This document shows positions 23,516 to 36,224 of a DNA stretch of 64,000 nt, in pieces. The stretch spans positions 167,650,001 to 167,714,000 of the forward strand of contig NC_086097.1 of assembly GCF_963921235.1 (NCBI RefSeq). The letters are read 5' to 3'. The stretch's first letter is position 1. Every line of letters begins with the position of its first letter. The position numbers were made by a program, and so were the translations under genes. Source of the stretch: Mobula hypostoma. Lineage: Eukaryota. The notes under the pieces are model-generated. The model was given only the letters and a program-made list of their open reading frames with translations. It did no database searches and was not told the DNA's origin.

Positions 23516-25589
23516 AAAACTTACCAGAACCTACCCTGGCCTCTGCCTGTTCTCGCCGAAGCCTGTTTGAGCCAAAGCCGTCCCACTCTGACACAGTCCA
23601 CTCTGACTCAGTCCACTCCAATGATGGCCGCTGTATATGGTGGTCTGCTTTTTAAACCTTTGCGCGCTACGTCACGCGCCTGCGCAGTGCAGACCCTTCT
23701 CCCCGAGCAGTGTTTTAAAAAAAAAATGACTTTTTCTCTCCGATTTCTTCACTCCTTCTCAGCTGCTTGCTATTAGGCAGCCTATTAGGCAGGGGTACAC
23801 TTTAGGGTAGTCTGGGCTGACGTACATTTTATATTTTCTTTTTTTGGAACACTTTGCCACTCTGACATTTTTTGGAACTCTCTCGCTCTTGTTCTCTCTC
23901 TATTGCGCGTGCGCGCGCTCTCTCGCTCATGGTCGCTCTCACTCGCGCTCGCTCTCGCGCGCTCTCTCACGCTCGCTTTCAAAAAAAATCAATTTCCGGG
24001 ACATTGTATATAATTTGCGGGCATCAGGGAGCCACTATTAATATGCGGGAGACTCCCGGACCTTCCGGGAGAGGTGGGATGTCTGCTAAAGGGAGCATGT
24101 TAGGACAGCCTACTACCTTCCTTGAAGGTGAACCATATCATTAATCCAGATCAGTATTTAAAAACATAGATAAGCAACGGTCCAGTGCTTTCCTTATCAA
24201 TACCAGCCAATACCAGTTTCCCTTTGTAACTCATTCTCCAGCCTTATTTTAAATTTCTCTGCTGTGCTGGAGGGGGAAGGGGTAGATAGGAGTCTGGTCT
24301 CTATTGTAAGTCCAGGCCTCTGTTTGCAACCCCATGTCACCATTTTTCAGGTTACGGAAATAAACCCTTGTAGAATTCACAGATCACTGCCCCTCAATTT
24401 GAGATGCAGAATAGAAAGAGTTCTAATGGGATCTGTGTGAGAAAAGTGTAAATAAATAAACACTATATTTATTGTTCTTTAACTTTCATTTCTTGATGCA
24501 TGCACAAACGGCACAGTTTAGTGTTCCAGAAAATTGCAATATGGACCATTTCCTAGGGGTGCAATACCCCCACTGTGCAGGGGTCACCTGTAGTGTCGTG
24601 ATTTTGGTTGAAACATTGAAGTGCAATTCTGAAGGGTCTCATTGGGGTGGATGAGGAGAGGATAGTTTCTCTTATGGGAGAATTTAGAACTAGGGTCAAC
24701 CTTTTAAAAATAGGGGCGGCCCTTTTAATTCAGAATTGTGATTTCTTTCTCTCTCAGAGGTTGGTGCTGTTGTGTATCAAATATTTCAGTAATATTGTAA
24801 GTGCACAGCATTCTTCCCTCAATATCAACAACATATTTACGATATTATTCAAATATTAATGAAATATTAAATACACAAAAGATAAGACTTTGGGATTCTG
24901 TTCCTCAAGGACCATTGGAAGCAGAGCCCTTTAATATTGTTATGCATTAGTACTTGATGGTCAAGGAATTAACTGTTACTGTGAGCAAGATGGAACAGAG
25001 GTTACCAACAATTGAACTATGGCAAAGCGGCATTGAGGGAGTGAGAGACCTGCCTATAGATTTGCGTGTCACGCTTTAGCTACTGCATTTGCTTGTTCAC
25101 AACACTGTACCCTGTTGAGAGCCACTACGATCTTATCCAGAACACAAGAGGAATTTGTTTATTAGAACAGCAGGAGAAGAGTATGGAAAGATAAAATTTA
25201 TTTAAACTTTGGCAGTGAGTGCCTAATAGAATTCATTTTTGATGCAGCAGAGGCACCTGGTGGACAAATTCAGTCATTAAACCATGAGACATTTACAGAG
25301 GGAAGCTGTAGACAGCAGCAGTAGACAGCTGCAGACAGAGTTCAGTTGTATTAAAAAACAGGAGGTGGTTACAGGCAGAGTTCAGTCGTTAAACAGAGGG
25401 ACATAGTTACAGACAGAGTTCAGTCATTAAACAGCAGGAACTAGTTACAGGCAGAGTTCAGTCATTAAATAGTAGGGGATGATTACAGCAAGAGTTCTGT
25501 CATTAAACAGCGCGAGTCCTTTACAAAGCAGTTCAAGTCACTGAGAGCACCAGTTACATTGGGTCTCACCGATATACAAGAGACCACAC

Positions 25590-26490
25590 CGGGAGCACAC
25601 CCTGACCATTTCTGTGTTCCACAGGGATCGCTCCCTACGCGACTCCCTTTCCATTCATACTTCCCAACTGATCTCCCTTCTGGCACTTAACCTTGCAAGC
25701 GGAACAAGTGTACACCTGCTCCTACACCATTCAGGGCCCCAAACAGTCCTTCCAGGTGAGGTGACACTTCATCTGTGAGTCTGTTGAAGTCACCTACTGT
25801 AGTTAGTGCTCCCAGTGTAGCCTCTTGTGTATCGGTGAGACCTGATGTAGATTGGGAGATGGCTTCACTGAGCACCTACGCTCTGTCCACCAGAAAAAGC
25901 AGGATCTCCCAGTGGCCACCCATTTTAGTTCCACTTCCCATTCCCATTCCAATATGTCAATCCATAGCCGCTTCTATTGTCGTGATGAGGCCACACTCAG
26001 GCTGGAGGCACAATGCCTTATACTCTGTCTGGGTAGCCTCCAACTGGATAGCATGAATATCAATTTCTCAGACTTTCAGTAATGAATTCCCCCCTCCTTC
26101 TCTATTCCCCATCCTTTTTTCTCTCTCTCTCACCTTATCTCCTTGCTTGCCCATCACCTCCCTCTGGTGCTCTTCCCTCTTTTTCTTTTCGTGGCTTTCT
26201 GTCCTCTCCTATTAGACGCCCTGTTCTCCAGCCCTGTATCTCTTTCACCAATCAACTTCCCAGCTCTTTACCCTCCAAGTTTCACCTATCGCCTTGTGTT
26301 TCTTCCTCCCCTCCCGCCACTTTCTAATTATGACTCCTCATATTTATTTCTCTCCAGTCCTGATGAAGGGTCTTGGCTCGAAACACCGACTGTACTCTTT
26401 TCCATAGATGCTGCCTGGCCTGCTGAGTTCCTCAAGCAATTTGTGTGTGTTGCTTGGATTTCCAGCATCTGCAGACTTTCTCTTGTTAGT
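25590..26490 (+). mobile_element. Penelope-like element 3' fragment: GIY-YIG domain, pyrimidine-rich UTR, degenerate hammerhead
   Basis: ORF 25852-26082 reads FTEHLRSV..DLPVATHF..EATLRLEAQCLILCLGSLQ. cagtcCTGATGAagggtcttggctcGAAACaccgactg lies at 26355-26392. Confidence 0.85.
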
Positions 26491-26799
26491 GTACAACTCC
26501 TCTTGCCTGTTCTGACATGTATTCAGATCACAACTAATCTTTTACCGCCATGCTACTTTCCTGCATTAATCCCACATCCCCTAATTTGCTTAACCAAAAT
26601 ATCTACTCATCTTTGAGAGACTGAACTCCCACAGACAACTTCTACCCATTTACTACCCTCTGGCTGAGGAAGTGTCTTCTTAGCTGTGTCCTTAGTAGCT
26701 GACTGCTGATATATTGCCAGTAAGCCCTCCTTATTCCACTCCCCAGGCACAGGAACCATTATCTCTGCATTGCTCTATCAAGCCCCAGAGAAACTTTAC

Positions 26800-27985
26800 A
26801 GTTCAAAGTAAATTTATTATCAAAGTACATATATGTCACCATATACAACCTTGAGATTCATTTTCTAGCAGGCAGACTCAATAAATCCATAATAGATTAA
26901 TAACCGTAATAGAATCAATGAAAGACAGTTCCAACTTGGGCATTGAACCAGAGAGCAAAAGAGAACAAACTGCAAATACAAAAAGAAAGAATAATAATAA
27001 ATAAATAAGCAATAAATATCAAGGACATGAGATGAAGAGTCCTTAAAAGTGTATCCATAGGTTTTGGGAACATTTGGTTGAGGGGTAATAACTGTTTCTA
27101 AATTTGGTGGTGTGAGTCCTGAGGCTCCTGTACCTTCTTCCTGATGGCAGCAGTGGGAAGAGAGCATGACTTAGGTGGTGGGGTACCTGATGACAACTGC
27201 TGCTTTCCTGTGACAACACTCCATGTCGATGTGCTCAATGATGGGAAGGGCTTTACCTGTGATGGACTGAGCCACATCCACTACTTTTTGTAGGATTTTC
27301 TGTTCAGGGGCATTGGTGTTTCCATACCAGGCTGTGAAGCAGCCACGAGGAAATCTGCAGATCCTGGAAATTCAAGCAACACACATAAAAAATGCTGGTG
27401 AATGTAGCAGGCCAGGCAGCATCTATAAGTAGAGGTACAGTGGACATTTTGGGCCGAGACACTTCGCCAGGACACGGGGTCTGATGAAGGGTCTCGGCCC
27501 GAAACATGGACTGTACCTCTTCCTATAGATGCTGCCTGGCCTGCTGCCTTCACCAGCATTTTTCATGTGTAATGCAGTCAGTCAATATCTATACATCTAT
27601 AGAAGTTTGTCAAAGTTTTAGATATCATCCCAATTCTCCATAAACTCCTAAGAGGAGATGCCGTGCTTTCTTTGTAATTGCACTTATGTGCTGGACACAG
27701 GACAGGTCCTCTGAAATGATATCACAGAGGAATTTAAAGTCGCTGACCCTCTCCACCTCTGATCGTCCAATGAGGATTGCTCCATGGACCTGTGGTTTCC
27801 TCATCTTGAAGTCAATAATCAGCTCCTTGATCTTGCTGACATTGAGTAAGAGGTTGTTTTTATGGCACCACTCAGCCAGATTTTCAATCTCCCTCTGAAA
27901 TGATTTATCAGCACCTTTGATTCAGCCTACAACATTGGTGTCATCAGCAAACTTGAATATGGCATTGGAGCTGTGCTTAGCCACA
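26800..27985 (-). mobile_element. Rex1/Babar-type LINE 3' fragment (RT end + tail)
   Basis: The minus strand has aagtttgctgatgacacc (KFADDT) and the shared tail ending in ataataaatttactttgaac. Confidence 0.75.
27350..27570. mobile_element. Palindromic Penelope-derived element with hammerhead-like cores
   Basis: The left arm aatgctggtgaatgtagcaggccaggcagcatctata is mirrored by tatagatgctgcctggcctgctgccttcaccagcatt. CTGATGAagggtctcggcccGAAAC lies at 27481-27505. Confidence 0.85.
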
Positions 27986-28129
27986 CATTTACACAGTAAG
28001 TGTAAAGCGATTTGGTTGATATGGCTTCATTATTGGTATTGGTTCATTATTGTCACATGTACCAAGAAAAGCTTGTTTTACATACTGCTCATACAGATCA
28101 AAGCATTAGACAGTGCATTGAGCTCGTGC

Positions 28130-28800
28130 GGCCACTCAAGTCGGGTATGATATTCTGTTAAGTGGTTGTCAATTGGTGGGTCCTCAGGAGACTGAAGAGG
28201 TCGATCTAGGATTCACGTATTCTGGTGCTGAGTGGACACGAGTACGTGGTGGCTGTGGTTAGTGGTTGGGTCTTTTTGTTGTTCAGTCTCTCCTTTCGCA
28301 GCTGTCATTTGTTCTCAGTGGCACACTGGACGTCATTCTCATGTAGTACAGCTTTCTCTTAAACAGATTTCCCCCAGCTGTATCTTTCGAGTGCAATGTC
28401 TTCCCAGTTTTTAGATGTAATGTCGAATTTCTTGAGGCTGATTTTGATGTTATCTTTGAAATGTTTCCTTTGCCCTTCAGGGTCTCCCTGAACCTCCTTC
28501 AACTGGGAGTAAAGGATCTCCTTGGGGAGAGACCAGTTAAGCATTTGGATGACATGACCTTTCCAACAGTTAATAATGATTTATTGTGGTGGAGATGCTG
28601 CCAGTATGTAAGAACCTTTGGTGATATTGTTCCAGGGCTTTAAGGTGTCTACTGGAGGTGGTCTGCGATTTAGCTCCATACAGTAATGTAGGACAGATGA
28701 CTGTTATATAAATCAAAAGATTTGTCTGGACCTACCTGTAGGTCGTAGTCTCCAAAAACACTTTTCCTTAATCCTACATAGCCTTCACTATCACCACGCA
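28130..28800 (-). mobile_element. RTE-clade LINE 3' fragment
   Basis: ORF 28359-28544 (LPKEILYSQL...GQRKHFKDNIKISLKKFDI...WEDIALERYSW) resembles the RTE ORF C-terminus. Confidence 0.75.
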
Positions 28801-29299
28801 GGCTAGTACTCACTCAGTCGTGTGAGTAGTAACTGAACTGGAATAAGGTAAAACAATAACAAGTGTAAAAGCTATTGAAAGAGTGTAGTGCAGGTAAATG
28901 ATAAAATGTAAGATCATAATGAGGTAGATTGTGAGACCAAGGGCCATCTAATACAAGAGTCTGATAACAGTGGGATAAAAGCTGGCCTTGACCCTGCTGG
29001 CTATACATTAAGATATCTCATTCTCTGATAACCAAGTTTTGACCCACTCGTGTTTAATCTGTCCTCACTATTTGGCTCCTTGTTCCAGGAACTAATCTGC
29101 AGAAACTTTGTTGCACACTCTCTAATCCAAGTCCAATGGATTTGTTGGCTTTCAGTCCCACTATTTTTATCCCATAATTTTTTTTTTACTTTCTGTCTCT
29201 CAATCTGAGGCTGATAGCCCTCCAATATTTTTGTGAAGGTTTTAGTGAAGACTATGCAGAATTTAGTGAATTGGTAGGTAAAAGACTAGTGGTCTGTAA

Positions 29300-30510
29300 G
29301 TAAAGAGGAGGAATTTGATGCCTTGCCACGCTCAAAGACTGATAAATCCTCAGGACCAGACGGGATTGATCACAGGTTGCTTCAGGAGGCAAGGGAAGAG
29401 ATTCACAAAGACGAGAAAATCTTCAGATGCTGGAAATCCGAGCAACACACCCAAAATGCTGGGGGATCTCAGCAGGCCAGGCAGCACCTATTAAACATTC
29501 AACGTTCTGGGCCGTGACCCTTCATCAGGGAAGAGATTGTTGGGGTCCTGGCTGAAGTTTTTTTAAATTTTTCTGAACAGAAGTAAGATACCAGATGAAT
29601 GGAGGACAACAAAAGTGGTCCCTCTTTTCAAGAAAAGCAGCAAGGAAAAGCCTAGTAACTAAGGAGACATGAAACAGGAAATGCTGGTATGTAGATCAAA
29701 AAGATTAAGGTGCTGGAGAAACTGAGCAGACCAGGCAGCATCTGTGGAGGGAAATGAACAAGTGACATTTCAGGTCAAGTCCAGAAAGTAAGAGGGAAGG
29801 TAGGCAGCATAAAGAGGTGAGGGGTAGGGATGGAACAAGTGCTGCAAATAATAGTTGGATCCAGATGAGGAGAGGTTGATTGGTAGATGAGTCAGATGAG
29901 CAAGGGAATGGAGGAGATACTGATGACAGTCTGGAAGGTGATAGATGGAGGAAATACAGAAGCGTTGCACTTTCTTGTCTCCACCACTCTTGTCCCAAAT
30001 GCTGCCACCGTTTCCATCCTTCCCTTCATATTTGCCTTTGTCAATTGGGACATTGAATACAGAAGCAGGGCGATTATGCTGGAAAACCCATACTCAATAA
30101 GTTAGAAACAACTTCTTCCCCCTCTGCCATCAGATTTCTGAATGGCCCATTATTCTTCTTTTGCACTATCTATTAATAATTGTGCTTACAGTAGTTTTTT
30201 ATATGCACTGTACTGCTGCCACAAAACAAAGCACATATGTCAGTGATAATAAAGCTGATCTTGAAATTTATAAAAACTTTGGTCAGACTGCAGCTTGAGC
30301 ATTGCACACTGTTTTGATCATTAACATCTAAGAAGCACTGGAGAGGATTCAGTGCTGAAGTTTAGTTATGAGGAGAGACTGGACGATCTAGATCTTTTTT
30401 CCCTAGAGTGGTGGATGTTATAAAGGGACAAGATTGAGGTGTATGAAATGATGTGGGGATAGAAAATTATAAAGAGTACAAATAGAGTAGGGTGCAACAA
30501 ATCTTTCCCC
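29300..30510 (+). mobile_element. Highly degraded CR1 ORF2 pieces with nested Penelope-derived and Rex-like inserts
   Basis: DKSSGPDGIDHRLLQEAREEI at 29340-29403, followed by scattered CR1 3' motifs. Confidence 0.6.
29392..29538 (-). mobile_element. Penelope-derived short element with a 12-bp TSD
   Basis: agggaagagatt at 29392-29403 and 29527-29538 flanks cagatgctggaaatccgagcaacacac...cccttcatcag. Confidence 0.8.
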
Positions 30511-30974
30511 AGATTGGTAAGTGATTATAATTAATTAACCCCTTCATATTGCACAAAATTAAATCTAAAAGTCTTTTAACACAAACAGTACAAGAAACTT
30601 GATGACAGAATTCATTTCCAAATGGAGTAGGAGATGGCTGCAGGAAAATTTAATTATTAAAACAGCGTGACACAGTTACTGGGAGAAATCTTTTTGTTAA
30701 AACAGTGAGTGATAGTTAATGAGTGAATTTATTTATAGCAACAAATGTAGTCAGTGATCAGAACATTTCATAAATTAAAAACTGATAATTATTGGGAGAA
30801 ATCATATACAGAGATTTGGGGACAATCCTGAGAGAATTCATGTATGAAAACAAGTGGGAGATAGTTCTTGGAAAAAAAACGATTAGCAGTGGGAGATAAT
30901 AGAAGAATTCATTTACTAATGGAGTCATGGATGGTTCAAAGATTCAAAGTCTATTTGTTATCAAAGTATGTATA

Positions 30975-31375
30975 CGATAATCAAGGACAAGACCCACCTA
31001 GCCAACACACTTTTTGTCCCTTTTCCCTCCGGGAGAAGGTTCAGGAGCTTGAAGACTCATATGGCCAGATTTGGGAACAGCTTCTTTCCAACTGTGATAA
31101 GACTGCGAAACAGATCCTGACCCGGATCTGGGCCGTAACTTCCAAATATCCGGACCTGCCTCTCGGGTTTTTTTTTGCACTACCTTACTTCCCATTTTTC
31201 TATTTTCTATTTATGATTTATAATTTAACTCTTTAATATTTACTAATAACTATTTTTAATATTTGTAATATTTAATATTTGTAATCCAGGGAGTGTGAAG
31301 CGCAGAATCAAATATCGCTGTGATGATTGTACGTTCTAGTACCAATTGTTTGGCAACAATAAAGTATAAAGTATA
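30975..31375 (+). mobile_element. Rex1/Babar-type LINE 3' end
   Basis: ataatcaaggacaagacccacctagcc...ccctccgggagaaggttcaggagcttgaagactc, ending in a repetitive tail aataaagtataaagtata. Confidence 0.6.
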
Positions 31376-33429
31376 CAACCCAGAGTTCTGTCCTCCCACA
31401 GGCAGCTGTGAAACAAAGAAATACCAAGGAATCCATGTAAAGAAAATATTAAACACTCAACACATGAACAAAAAAGAATGGCAGAAAATGAGCAAATAAC
31501 ACACAGCATATTAAACTTCAAACTGCAGAGACCTCAGAACAGTTTAAGAGTGTTCAGTTCAGTGTCACTCATTGACTGTAGGTCACAGAGCCAGTCCACG
31601 CTGAAGTGCCCCACTCAAATGGTGCAAAGTAGGAGAAAATAAGTAACTAGAAACTAGAAACCCATGTAACTTGAACTACAGTGTCCTCCAAAAATAATTT
31701 CACAGCCGCAAGCAGTGCCACTCAAACCTCGCAGCACAGGATCCAAGGTTCCTACACATTGCTGCGGAAGCATCAAGCAAGAGGGAGAGTGCAGGCAGAC
31801 AGTACTGAACACCCACTCTCCTTCCGTTCTCATCCTCGCCAATTTCAGTCTTGTTTGGCGCTTTAATCGGCAAGATCGACAGTGAGTAATGGAGCCGATC
31901 ATGGGTTTGTGCTCCACCATTAGGCTACACACTTTGCTCTCAACCTTATCAAATTCTCCCAGAGGCAGTAAAAGTGCCAGATTGTTCAGTCAGTCTAAAA
32001 AAAAGCAGATGATCAAAATGTAAATGACAGGCTCCAGTCATGCAGTTTAGTAGCAGAAGCATGTTTAAAAGAAGTAGTAGGTTTGTGAACTGTCTGAAGG
32101 TGGTCACCATTGGTCACTGGTGCCAACTTGTAGTGTATATTCTTGGAAGAATTCAGTTATTGAAACTTTTGTAGACAGCAGAAGAATTCAATTTTTCAAA
32201 ATGCTGGAGAGAAATGAGGAGAGTGTATCAAAAAACCAGCTGGAGAATATTACTGGAGGAATTCAGTTATTAAGTCAGTGGTAGACAGTTACCTGAAGAA
32301 TTCAGATATTAAATCAGTGGTAGACGGGAGAATTCAGCTTGCGAGGCAGCTAGAGGAGAATTCAGTTGTTAAGCAACAAGAACACTGGAAGAATTAATCA
32401 TTATTCTAGAGAAAGGCTTCATTGACTAAGTCAGCAGGAGGCAGTTACTACGGCCATTCATTTAATAAAACAATGGGCAACAATTGCTTGGAGACTTAAT
32501 TCTTTAAATCAATAGGAGATGTTACTGGGTGAATTAATTTATTAAAACAGCCAGAGATTGTTGTTGGGAAATTTCCATTATTTGAGCAACAGGAGACAAT
32601 TACAGGACAAATTCATTTATTAAAAACAATGGAAAACGCAACCCCAGAGAGTGCTCATTCATTAAAACTGTGGAGACACAAAAACAGTAGGAAATAGGTG
32701 CAGGCGTAGGCCATTGGGCCCCTCAAGCCTGCCCTACCATTCAATAGTCTTGGTTGTTCTGCCCTAGGCATCATCTCCTCTTCTGTGACACATCCCCGTA
32801 GCCCTCAATGCTCCAATTATCTGCCTGCAATTTAAATACATCTAATGATCCAGCACAACAGCTCTCTGGGGTAGAATTCTCTGTGAGCAAAAAATAATTA
32901 CATACTTACATTTTAAAATGACCAATCCCTTATCTTATACCTGAAAATACCAAAATACCATTAGACACCCTGACCACCCACTTCATCTGCCTGCTCACTC
33001 CTTGTGATCTGTGCACTATAACCTAGGTCCTTTGCAAAGTTCAAAGTAAATTGGTTATCAAAGTACATATATGTAACCATATACAACTCCAATCATTTTT
33101 TTGCCTGTATACACAGTAAATCCAAGAGACATAGAATCAATAAAAGACTGCACCCAACAGGATGGACAAACAATCAATGTGCAAAAGACAACAAATTGTG
33201 CAAATAGAAAACAGAGAATCATATAAATAAATAAGCGATGAATATTGAGAACATGAGATGTAGAGTCCTTGAAAGTGAGTCCATAGGTTGTGGGAACAGT
33301 TCAGTAATGGGGGCAAGTGACATTGAGTGAATGTTATCCCCACTCGTTCAAAAGCCTAATGGTTGAAGATTAGATTCATTAGATTGAACTTTATTGTCAT
33401 TGTGCCGAATACAGATACAAAGCCAATGA

Positions 33430-35078
33430 GAAGGAACTTGACGGTGAGGACAATATGAGTGAGGTTGATGTTCTGGAGCATGTTGATATTAAGGGAGAGG
33501 AGGTGTTGGAGTTATTAAAATACATTGGGATGGATAAGTCCCTGGGACCTGACGGAATATTCCCCAGGCTGCTCCATGAGGCAAGGGAAGAGATTGCTGA
33601 GCCTCTGGCTAGAATCTTTATGTCCTCGTTGTCTACGGGAATGGTACCGGAGGATTGGAGGGAGACGAATGTTGTCCCCTTGTTCAAAAAAGGTAGACGG
33701 GATAGTCCGGGTAATTATAGACCAGTGAGCCTTACATCTGTGGTGGGAAAGCTGTTGGAAAAGATTCTTAGAGGTAAGATCTATGGGCATTTAGAGAATC
33801 ATGGTCTGATCAGGGACATTCAGCATGGCTTTGTGAAGGGCAGATCATGTCTAACAAGCCTGATAGAGTTCTTTGAGGAGGTGACCAGGCATATAGATGA
33901 GGGTAGTGCACTGGATGTGATCTACATGGATTTTAGTAAGGCATTTGACAAGGTTCCACACGGTAGGCTTATCCAGAAAGTCAGAAGGCATGGAATCCAG
34001 GGAAGTTTGGCCAGGTGGATTCAGAATTGGCTTGACTGCAGAAGGCAGAGGGTTGTAGTGGAGGGAGTACATTTGGATTGGAGGATTGTGACTAGTGGTG
34101 TCCCACAAGGATCTGTTCTGGGACCTCTATTTTTCGTGATTTTTATTAACGACCTGGATGTGGGGGTAGAAGGGTGGGTTGGCAAGTTTGCAGACGACAC
34201 AAAGGTTGGTGGTGTTGTAGATAGTATAGAGGATTGTCGAAGATTGCAGAGAGACATTGATAGGATGCAGAAGTGGGCTGAGAAGTGGCAGATGGAGTTC
34301 AACCTGAAGAAGTGTGAGGTGGTACACTTTGGAAGGACAAACTCCAAGGCAGAGTACAAAGTAAATGGCAGAAAACTTTGTAGTGTGGAGGAGCACAGGG
34401 ATCTGGGGGTACATGTCCACAGATCCCTGAAAGTTGCCTCACAGGTGGATAGGGTAGTTAAGATAGCTTATGGGGTGTTAGCTTTCATAAGTCGAGGGAT
34501 AGAGTTTAAGAGTCGTGATGTAATGATGCAGCTCTATAAAACTCTGGTTAGGCCACACTTGGAGTACTGTGTCCAGTTCTGGTCGCCTCACTATAGGAAG
34601 GATGTGGAAGCATTGGAAAGGGTACAGAGGAGATTTACCAGGATGCTGCCTGGTTTAGAGAGTATGGATTATGATCAGAGATTAAGAGAGTTAGGGTTTT
34701 ACTCTTTGTAGAGAAGGAGGATGAGAGGAGACATGATAGAGGTATATAAGATATTAAGAGGAATAGATAGAGTGGATAGCCAGCCCCTCTTCCCCAGGGC
34801 ACTACTGCTCAATACAAGAGGACATGGCTTTAAGGTAAGGGGTGGGAATTTCAAGGGGGATATTAGAGGAAGGATTTTCACTCAAAGAGGGGTTGGTGCA
34901 TGGAATGCACTGCCTGAGTCAGTGGTGGAGGCAGATACACTAGTGAAATTTAAGAGACTACTAGACAGGTATATGGAGGAACTTAAGGTGGGGGGTTATA
35001 TGGGAGGCAGGGTTTGAGGGTCGGCACAACAATGTGGGCCGAAGGGCCTGTACTGTGCTGTACAATTCTATGTTCTAT
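33430..35078 (+). mobile_element. 5'-truncated CR1 with a long open RT frame (33455-34711, 418 aa)
   Basis: Motifs NYRPVSLTS, YMDFSKAFDKVPH, SGVPQGSVLGP and KFADDTK. The tail ends ttctatgttctatg. Confidence 0.95.
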
Positions 35079-35079
35079 G

Positions 35080-36000
35080 AAATACAATGACCAGAACTGC
35101 AAAGAATATTGTTACTTATAAAATAACTGCGAATAAAAAGTGCTACAGCACACAAATATAGAAGTACTGAGACAGTACAATATGGATGCAATACTGCTTA
35201 GCACTGTGATGTGAGTTTCAGCGGGGTCACAGCCTTAGGGAAGAAGCTCTTCCTGTGCCTGCTGGTGCGGAAGCAGAGGCTCCTATAGCGCCTGCCGGAT
35301 GGGAGGAGAGTAAAAAGTCCATGGTTAAGGTGAGATGTATCTTTGATAATGCTTTTCACCCTGCCCAGGCAGTGGTTATGGTAGATGTTCTCAATAGTGG
35401 GCAATTATTCCTGAACCTGGTGGTGTGTGGATGGCGGCAGCAAGAAGAGAGCATGTCCTGGGTGGTGGGGGTCTTTGATGATGGATGCTGCTTTCATGTG
35501 ACAGCGCTCCATGTAGATTTGCTCAATGATGGGGAGGTCTTTACCTGTGATGAACTGAGCTGTATCCACTACCTTTTGTAGGATTTTCATTCAATGACAT
35601 TGGTGTTTCCATACCAGTCCATGATGCAACAAGTCCACCACACATCTTTCGAAGTTTGACAAAGTTTTAGATGTCATGCCGAATCTTCACAGACTTCTAA
35701 GGAAGTAGAGGTGTTGCCGTGCTTTTTTGTAATTGCATTTATGTGCTTGGTCCAGGACAGATCCTCTGAAATGATAACACCAAGGAACTTAAAGTTGCTG
35801 ACTCTCTCCACCTCTGGCTCATGGACCTCCGGTTTCCTCCTACCGAAGTCAATAGTCAGCTCCTTAGTCTTGCTGACATTGTGTGAGAGGTGGTTGTTTT
35901 GGCACCACTCAGCCAGATTTTCAATGCTCCTCCTATGTGCTGATTCATCATTACCTCTGATTTCACCAATGACAGTGGAGTCATCAGCAAACTTAAATGT
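35080..36000 (-). mobile_element. Rex1/Babar-type LINE fragments
   Basis: ORF 35674-36093 reads FKFADDSTVIG..NLAEWCQNNHL..NVSKTKELTIDF..FKFLGV. ORFs 35198-35404 and 35405-35590 contain SIIKD..H.HGLF.LLPSGRRYRS. Confidence 0.8.
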
Positions 36001-36224
36001 GGTAACTTCATTCACTTGCGGTCTCTCTCCGTTCAGATAATAATCTGCTCTTGGATTCCTTGAACTGAAGTGGATGACCTCACACTTCCCCATATTAATC
36101 TCCAGGTGACAAGTGTTTACATAATCATACTATCTATATAACATTGCAAAATCACAATTTCCTCATTGCAATATGCTCCCACTGACTTTTGTGGCATTGG
36201 CAAACTTGGGTCAGTAACTCAATG

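Larger units (their letters stand above)
19558..23770 (-). mobile_element. Near full-length, young CR1 LINE (5'UTR, ORF1, ORF2, 3' tail)
   Basis: ORF1 has CxxC...CxxC, a coiled coil and SGNH esterase motifs (IGDSIVRG, HIGTNDI, DGLHLN). ORF2 has APE (YFNARS, ISETW, SSDHN) and RT (KFADDTK). The 3' end reads tttctatggttcta. Confidence 0.97.
19292..24085. mobile_element. Non-autonomous hAT-like/MITE element (about 0.6 kb net) split by the full-length CR1
   Basis: TIR cagacatcccacc at 19292 and ggtgggatgtctg ending at 24085. The flanks ctgaag/ctaaag look like a 6-bp TSD with one mismatch. The subterminal gcgggagact...ccgggagaggtgggatgtc is repeated. Confidence 0.7.

Noticed and set aside
23189..23776. 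195-aa antisense ORF over CR1 ORF1/5'UTR (ORF0-like)
   Set aside because: It has no recognisable motifs and is only partly mirrored in the other copy (2407-2646). Antisense ORFs opposite CR1 coding sequence are common throughout the track.
23880..23980. CpG-rich (CT/CG) tract as a CpG-island promoter
   Set aside because: It is a short low-complexity microsatellite inside the hAT-like MITE.
26355..26392. Active hammerhead ribozyme
   Set aside because: The cleavage-site triplet is mutated (ACC instead of GUH). The 27481 copy (AUG) and the 37200 copy are likewise degenerate.
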